Of a stretch of DNA of 64,000 bases, positions 55,398-64,000 are shown piece by piece. The first letter of the stretch is position 1, and the number at the start of each line of letters is the position of its first letter. This DNA is from Octopus vulgaris (Eukaryota), in NCBI GenBank assembly GCA_951406725.2, contig OX597814.1, positions 149,544,001 through 149,608,000 of the forward strand, given 5' to 3'. A program made the translations under genes and the position numbers. The notes under the pieces were generated by a model, which was given only the letters and a program-made list of their open reading frames with translations, did no database searches and was not told where the DNA came from.

Positions 55398-55608
55398 TTA
55401 CCTATAGATATACATGTTGCTTATTTTGATTTATATGTATGTATATATACAGATTTGTGTGTGCGTGTTTGAGTGTGTGTGAGAGTGTGTATAGACATTA
55501 TTTACATTATTTACATTATTATATATATACATGAGTGTGTATGCATATGTACATATATATATACGTATATACACATATATATATATATATACGTGTATAT
55601 ATACACAC

Positions 55609-55674
<66 letters not shown>

Positions 55675-58255
55675 TGTGTTATATTATATTATATTATATA
55701 ATTATATATAGTTATACAATTATATACTCTTATTGAAGAGTACGCGGATAATACTATGACAAATCTTTACGTGATGCGAACATTAGACCCATTTTTAAAA
55801 AATCTGCTACATTTTGCACGTTTGATTAGCGACGAGTTAAGGAGAGAAGGGAATACTCACGGCAGTTTTCAGGACTTTCAATAATTGTTAGAAAAAGATA
55901 TCCCAAAGGCAGGGAACTCACCCTAATGCTTGAAATAATTTGACCTCTGCTAAAGTCGCTCAAGTTGCCAGCTGTCGGTGTTGAACCGAGTGATCTATTA
56001 AATAAGTCCCCTCCTCAAAAGGCTAAGGCGGGATTATGACCTCAAAGAGCCGTTACAGATACCGTAAGAGGCTTCCAAACAGATATTCTTACTGTTCTGT
56101 GAATGCGTCGCTCTGCATTAGAACTTTTTTTATAGGCCCCGAAAAAAAATGAGATGTAAAGATGACTTCGACCGGTTTGAACACAGAACGTAGTGAGTCT
56201 GAATATATATCGACTTAGTTTAATTCGCTGCCATCTTAGTTGCTCGGAGACTTATATGAAATATCTTCAAAGCTTCTCATATTTTAACATAACATCATTT
56301 TACTACAGATCTTCACTAAAGATTCATTCAGATTTATCATGATTGTGTTGTACCACGAACTATCAGCATGGACAGTTATGTTTACCCCAGCCACTTAATT
56401 ACTACATTTATCCTCATTAGACGAAATTTCTCTTTATTCCTACAGTCCATTACTTTAATGAACTCCCCTTTAGATTTATTGCATTAGTCGAACAGATAAG
56501 CGGATGCATTTATTTCATAGCTATGCAGAAGGCTTCTGGTGTTCCATACGGAAGAGTAGGTAACACGTCGTTGTATTTATGATTTCTATCTAAGTTTTAG
56601 TGCTATAATTAAAGAGAACTTATTAAAACTGAAAATAAAAAGCAGGTAGCACATAAGCATGTGGGAGGCTTTTCTATGCGGTTTCTGTAAATACCAGAAA
56701 CAGAAGCCAAGTCTGTCTCTAATCATACAACATCTTTCCTGTTACAAGTTCTGCAGAGATTAATAGAAATGTATTTCATTGGTACTAACAAACCTATTTT
56801 ATTCTTAATCACCCAGTCTGCATGCCTCTTTCTGTTTCATATCAAGTTGCCCTGATCGAGGGGAGCTATTATTATTAGAAGCATTTAAGCGATGAATAGT
56901 GTCTACTGTTTTCAGGCATAGTGTACTTTTGACCACAGTATTCTATGCGTATGTGTCTCTTCAAAAGAAGGCCATGTTGTACACTAATCTTGGAAAAAAT
57001 CGAATAGTTACGTCTCGAATGCATTGAATTATAGATTTCCTAGGCCAGAGTTGAGCTGGGCCTAAGCAACAACAACAGTAACTGGGGTTTGCATACATAG
57101 GCACCCAGAACTTACTTCTACTTCACGCTGTTCGATATGTTTTTTGAACATTTCATTAAGAATCCAGATAAATGCCTCAGCTCAGAGAGAAAATCATTCT
57201 CCATAGGAAAAAGGACAGCGCTCGTGACCCTTCTCGAGAGTGCCGAGATTGGCGCTGGGAATGAAGGACGTTATCATCAGGCCGGAGACAGGCTCTAAAG
57301 ATTGTATCTGAGTGAGCTTCGCTCAAAATACCCCATGAACAATGTTATAGAGTAAACCAAGTAGAGTATCATGTCTACTCATAACGAACTGTGACTGACT
57401 CTCAGACGGGCTACTATTGATATTTTCCATTTTACCACAGTCTACACAAGACAGAAATCAACTCAAGGCTATACTAAAATATACTATTCCAAAATGCTGT
57501 GCAGTGAAATTGAACACGGTACATCGTAATTCTGCATCAGCGCTCTTAATCACACATGCATGCCACTATTTTTCTTCTTGCTGAACAGGTCACTCACATC
57601 TGCTCCGAAGAATGATTTTTGACGCAGGTTGCTATTTTTGTGGGAGGAAATCTCTCTTCACAAGGTCTTGAATGGAGTTAACAGAAGCAATAGCCGTTAC
57701 AGTGGTGGAGTAAACTACCTGGTTGTAATTAAGAACGCCCCTTTAAATTCTGACTTAAAAATCTAACTCAGATCACGTTTACCTAGTTCGATCAAGAAGT
57801 AGTAAGTAACGATCAAGTGAATAATTCAATAGATGGTGAACCCCAATCCCTACAGGTTTCTGGCTTTTCTTCAAAGCAGGAAATCTTAAATAATTTACTC
57901 TAATTAAGCTCATATTCATTTCTGAGTTCGAATCCAACAGGGAAGAATGTTTGATTTTTAATCCTAATGGAATCAAGCAAAGAAAAGAACAGCGTACAGG
58001 ACACAGACCAATCAATTTATAGCTTCTGCGAAATTGCTAAACATTCTACTGATTAGAAAAGTAGTCATCATTTCTAAGACGAAGCCATGTCTGATCCAAG
58101 ATACAATTACTGTACTAGACATGTGTATACGCATACATTCATACACATATAAATATGTTTATGTACAAATATATACTTAAATATTCCTATTCACACATTC
58201 ACACACACGCGCACAAAAGCAGCCATATATTTGCACAAATATACGAGTATATCTA

Positions 58256-58330
<75 letters not shown>

Positions 58331-58331
58331 A

Positions 58332-58380
<49 letters not shown>

Positions 58381-58649
58381 GCGTATGTATGTGTGTATGT
58401 TTATATAGGTGTGCATGTGTGGGCGCGCGGTATACGCGCGCTCGCGAATAGTTATTCATATAAAAATTGTATATATATTAACACATCTACATGAATTGAA
58501 AAAGATTTTAAAATGTGTATACATATTCATGTATGCTTGTTCACGTGTGTCCGTATATATATATATATATATATATATATGTCGATATGCATACATACGC
58601 GTACATGCATACATACATAATGTACATATGCGTGTGTGTTTGTATATGC

Positions 58650-58682
<33 letters not shown>

Positions 58683-58965
58683 CACACATACGTATATACA
58701 CATACGAGTCTATGTTTTTCTCTACCATTTAGTCCGGTTCATAATGCACGTTTAATGGAGAATTCGTGCTCATTTCATTAAGTCTGCACACAGATATATC
58801 CCGCTGATAAGAAACCTTCTAATAAAAGCATATTACTCATCGATCGCACGCATTTACAGACATAGATACATTTACATTCCTATACATACATACATACACA
58901 CAAATATATATATATACATACATATATATATATATATATGTATATATATATGTATACATACACAC

Positions 58966-59014
<49 letters not shown>

Positions 59015-59016
59015 AC

Positions 59017-59072
<56 letters not shown>

Positions 59073-59161
59073 ATGTAGTGATCTTCTGTTGTCCGCTTAT
59101 ATGTCTGTGCGCATGTACATTATAAGCCTCTAGGGATACACATACACACATACACGTATAT

Positions 59162-59202
<41 letters not shown>

Positions 59203-59808
59203 TATGTGTGTATGAATATGTAAGTAAACAAACGTATCTGTGTACTTACGTATGTGCATATGTGTGTGTGTATATATATATGTACGTGTGTGTGTGTATA
59301 TGTGTATATGTGTGTGTGTGTAGTCATAAGCTCATACATATAAATACACTCGTGTTTACATTCAAGCGCTCATAGTGCGTGCACGTATGCGGCATAATTA
59401 TTTACGCCAGGTTTCAAACGATGTTAATAAGGAGCTTTTACTACGATGCGCCATTCTTGATCTCATTAAAGTCATTATCAAGGTAGATACGCGGCATTCT
59501 CGTGGCAACTGTTTGACACGAATAATCCAATAGTTGGTCGACCGCCAAATAAATGCTACATCGACCGAACTATTCCTAGCTATCGAATAAATTTTCCTTA
59601 GTAATAAGCAAACTTGCTGCTATGCTCTAGTATCTTGCTTTGCAATATTTACCTTCTCGTCTTCTTAATTGTCTCCATTTACTTATGACACAAAGCGGTC
59701 CTCAAGTTCGTTTCACTCCAGAATAATTTTCAAGGACCATTCAGAGGAGATATGTTTTATTTTGTTTCTTAATTTGCTGGATATTTTATACATGTTTTTT
59801 CAATGTGC

Positions 59809-59850
<42 letters not shown>

Positions 59851-59851
59851 G

Positions 59852-59981
<130 letters not shown>

Positions 59982-60648
59982 CTTCTCTTCCATTTTCATA
60001 TTCTAATTAACTGATGTTCCAGAATATTTGGAATTCCGCCCATATACGTTTCGTTAACATTGAACTTCCTTTTAATGTTTTATTATTTGAACAATCATTA
60101 TATATCTACTATACTTCCCATTAGTAAGTAATCTACTTACTTATTTGAATTAGGATATTCTTGAAGTATTTTTAATTATCGGGGAGTGCCAGGATAGGTA
60201 CAGCTGACGGAAAATGTGCCCCATTTTGCTAAAATACCTCCTTGTATGTTTTGAGTTCCGATCCTGTTGAAGTCGATTTAATGTTTCATCTACCCCAGAA
60301 CTCGATAAAATTATTAACATGCATGTCAAAATATGAAACCAAAATATTTTTTATCAAAGGACAATTCAAAGCCTACCGTAATATGTGAGAGAGTATAGCT
60401 TTGTAATAAGTACCAAGTTTTTCACTTTTTTATATTCTGTGCCTATGAATTTGCGATAATAATTCTGCACCTTCTTAGCTACTTCAACCAGCGGACTATA
60501 TGGTAAAGTGGGACAACATATGTATTTTGTCTTGGTCGAAAACATGACAGAACTGTTCATGAACTGAACTTATGTCCTTATTATCATGAGTCAAGCAAGC
60601 TAACCTCTAAGCCACGCAAAAATATATATAACATAGAGATGTAAACTC

Positions 60649-60769
<121 letters not shown>

Positions 60770-61544
60770 TCATTGCTTCTTGAGATTTTACAACTAGCTA
60801 CTTAGTTTATATGTATATATATATATGTATATATGTATTTATGTATATATATATACATATATTAAAATTAGTATGTCTTTTGACGAATTTTAATCCTTCA
60901 GCTATTTAATGCTCTTTTGGGGCCTGTAATCGCATATATAATTGATTCCGTTATTAACATTTTTAAATTGTTGCACAAGATAATAATAGAGTCAATGATA
61001 TCTTCGCAAATATTTTCTTGTGAACTATTTGCCCCGTATTGAAATATATATATACATACATATACATATATATATACGTAAAAATATAGGGAAAAGAAGA
61101 TGAAAGTTTTCTCCTTATCGCTATAAAATATTTTATTATCTGATCTGAATGTTTTCATGCAAAATATTCCTTGACACATCACGATGAATACACATATTCA
61201 TCTTCTTGTCAAAGACTCTATTACTTGATCGCGATATATTCATGTACACTAATTTTTTCTCCCTATCATTATAAAAAAATTTTATTACATGATCTGAATG
61301 ATGTTAGGTAGACTATTTTTGGACCCATCACAGAAGATACACAAAGCCTCAAATCTTTTCTTATTGTTTTCAAAGACTCCATCACCTGATGTGAATACAT
61401 ATTTGAAAACGAATTTTTGACACCATAGAGGATACACGAAACCTCACATTTTACTCTTGAAAATCTTTTTAAATAATTGAAACCGGTTAAGTTAATAAAT
61501 GCTTTTAAAAGAATCTTGTATTTTCAGGTTCTTTTCCTCATATT

Positions 61545-61612
<68 letters not shown>

Positions 61613-61830
61613 CTTGCTAAGCATTTTGTAATCATTCACATTCTTACTTGGCTTTATTTTCAATCGATGAATCTTCTTGTTCATTTCCCTATGACAATTT
61701 CTTGCACGTGCATACACAGAAGGACAGAAATACAAACACAAACATGCACATATACACACAGAGATATATATGCACACACACACACATATATAAGCATGCA
61801 CAGAGATATATACACACAAATATACAGGCG

Positions 61831-61876
<46 letters not shown>

Positions 61877-61883
61877 GCGCATA

Positions 61884-62393
61884 TCTATATATATAAAACT
61901 CTAGTTGTGTGAGTGTCTGTCCCCTTCGATTTAGATTCCTAACTCCTCCCACATTTTGCGGTGCAGTTTAACCAAATTCGGGTATCTTATAGTCGTGATT
62001 CATATCGAGCCCGTCTGGCTATTAGCGCGCGTCAACGATGAGTCTACGATTTTAAAAATAATTTAACATAATTTTTTATTCCATTTTAATGCATAATTTT
62101 TCGTGTGTCGATGGCGGCGGAGTTGGCGTCCACGCTCACAGCTGCACCTGTTTGCTTCTCCCCCTTCCCTCCCTCGTGAAGCTGTGGGGAAGGGAGTGTA
62201 AAGAAATCAACGTCGTAATGCGTTGTCAAGGAGACCAGCGTTCTTTTAGAACAACGACTTCATGGCTTGAAGACACCAAAACAGAAATGGCTAAGAAAGC
62301 CCGAATTGGCATCTATAAGGGAAGTAACTCTCTAAAAATGCTTATATAGTTATTTCCCTTACAAACCCGAGCAACGCCGGGCGATACTGCTAG
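61884..62393 (+). mobile_element. Non-autonomous Helitron, copy 1
   Basis: A|TC 5' end, subterminal hairpin CCCGAGCAACGCCGGG, CTAG|T 3' end, no TSD; shares both termini with copy 2. Confidence 0.88.
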
Positions 62394-62455
62394 TGAATAT
62401 ATATATACATATATGTGTGAGTCAGTGAGTCTGTGAGTTTTGTGTATATATGTAT

Positions 62456-62512
<57 letters not shown>

Positions 62513-62515
<3 letters not shown>

Positions 62516-62698
62516 GAAATTTACAGAAAAACAAAAGACGAAGATATGTGTCTGAACAAGCTGGGGTCTTAGTTTGATGTCCGGCAAAGTGAGAAGTTAT
62601 TTTATGTTTCGAGCCTACCCTCTTTAACAGAAAGGAATAGGAGAAAATAAACTGAGAGAGATTAAAATAGTTGTGGATTTAGCGGTGATGCATGGCGA
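62513..62698 (-). mobile_element. Penelope-pLTR-like unit (group P2), degenerate hammerhead at 62600-62635
   Basis: Minus strand CUUU-CUGUUAA-AGAGGGUAGGCUC-GAAAC-AUA-AAA; homologous to 35070-35269; TA flanks. Confidence 0.6.
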
Positions 62699-62715
62699 TA
62701 CATATATATCAGTGC

Positions 62716-62748
<33 letters not shown>

Positions 62749-62751
<3 letters not shown>

Positions 62752-63143
62752 TTATATATAAAAGTCAAGTTGTGTGTCTGTCTCCTACGATTTAGATTCC
62801 TAACTACTCCCACATTTTGTAGTGCAGTTTAACCAAAACCGGGTATCTTATAGTCGTGATTCATATCAAGCCCTTCTGGGTATTAGCGCGCGTCTACGAT
62901 GAGTCTACGTTTTAAAAAATAATTTACCATCATTTTTTTCCATTTTAATGCATTTTTCGTTATTATATAAGGGAAGTAACTCTCTAAAAATGTCTACGAT
63001 GAGTCAACGATTTAAAAAAATTTACCATAATTTTTTTTCCATTTTTAATGCATTTTTTTGCTATTTTGGGGCTATAATTCTCTAAAAATGCTTATATAGT
63101 TATTTCCCTTACAAACCCGAGCAACGCCGGGCGATACTGCTAG
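62749..63143 (+). mobile_element. Non-autonomous Helitron, copy 2
   Basis: A|TC..CCCGAGCAACGCCGGGCGATACTGCTAG|T; internal tandem duplication of the CTACGATGAGTC..TTTTAATGCATTTTT block. Confidence 0.88.
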
Positions 63144-63179
63144 TATATATATATATAGAGAGAGATATACATGTACATA

Positions 63180-63413
63180 CAGCAATCCCACGCCATATCG
63201 CGATTCATCTATCACGGTGCCCTTATCGCAGTTTATTATTTAAGCTTAAGTCGATTCCTCTCTGGTGTTGTTTTTCATTTATAATAAAATAGATATTTAC
63301 AAATTATAAAAATAATTAAAAATATGCAGTACAGTACTGACTCTACTTCGCAGATTTTCAGCTATCGCTGGGGTTTTGGGAACGTAACACCCGTAAAAGC
63401 CGAGGGAATACCG
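63180..63413. mobile_element. Tigger/pogo-type MITE
   Basis: TA|CAGCAATCCCACG.. and ..CGAGGGAATACCG|TA imperfect TIRs with TA duplication. Confidence 0.7.
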
Positions 63414-63492
63414 TATACACACACACATACACACATGTGGATAACTCTAGTGCTAAAAATAGCTCCGAAGCAACCACAGAAGATCAGTTTCC

Positions 63493-63524
<32 letters not shown>

Positions 63525-63619
63525 CACACACACATATATATATATATATGCATATATAAGTGTATATGTATATATATATATCTCCCCCTCCCTCTCTCTC
63601 TCCCTGTATATATATATAT

Positions 63620-63747
<128 letters not shown>

Positions 63748-64000
63748 TTAGAAAAAAACATATGTATGTATAAGTATGCATGCATGTATGTATGTAAGCA
63801 TGTATGTATGTATGTGTATATGAAGGTGCATGCTTGCAGTGTTAGTTCTCATATTGTGACGTATATGTTTATGGCTTTCCACAACTTAATCATCTGGATG
63901 CCATATGTTCTGGAATGGTAAAATTCGTGTTAACCTTGTAGAAATTAACTACGACGGAGCATAAAATTTGTTTATTGCACATTTTGTCACCTAGTTGCTG

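Overview
Eukaryotic, very AT-rich, microsatellite-saturated non-coding (intronic or intergenic) DNA. The recurring SINE families and the (TA)n/(CA)n/(GATA)n/(TACA)n density suggest an octopus-type cephalopod genome; this is inferred from recall of those repeats and was not checked. No intact protein-coding gene is recognisable, and nearly all ORF-track entries are microsatellite translations. Supported content: three tRNA-derived SINE families; a complete but decayed SPIN/Buster-like hAT transposon (48548-50852) with an 8-bp TSD inside a SINE; a hAT MITE; a full-length decayed mariner; a fold-back mariner derivative; Tigger/pogo, Tc1-like and Chapaev3-like transposase remnants; two non-autonomous Helitrons; a solo LTR; and a 576-bp near-spacerless palindrome. 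The most striking signal is about a dozen type I hammerhead ribozyme motifs, mostly in ~150-250-bp Penelope-pLTR/retrozyme-like units sitting in (TA)n tracts. One (44573-44633) has an intact core, one subfamily shows a recurring A6U core change, and one lies directly downstream of a tRNA-like Pol III head. Coordinates were counted by hand and may be off by a few bases.
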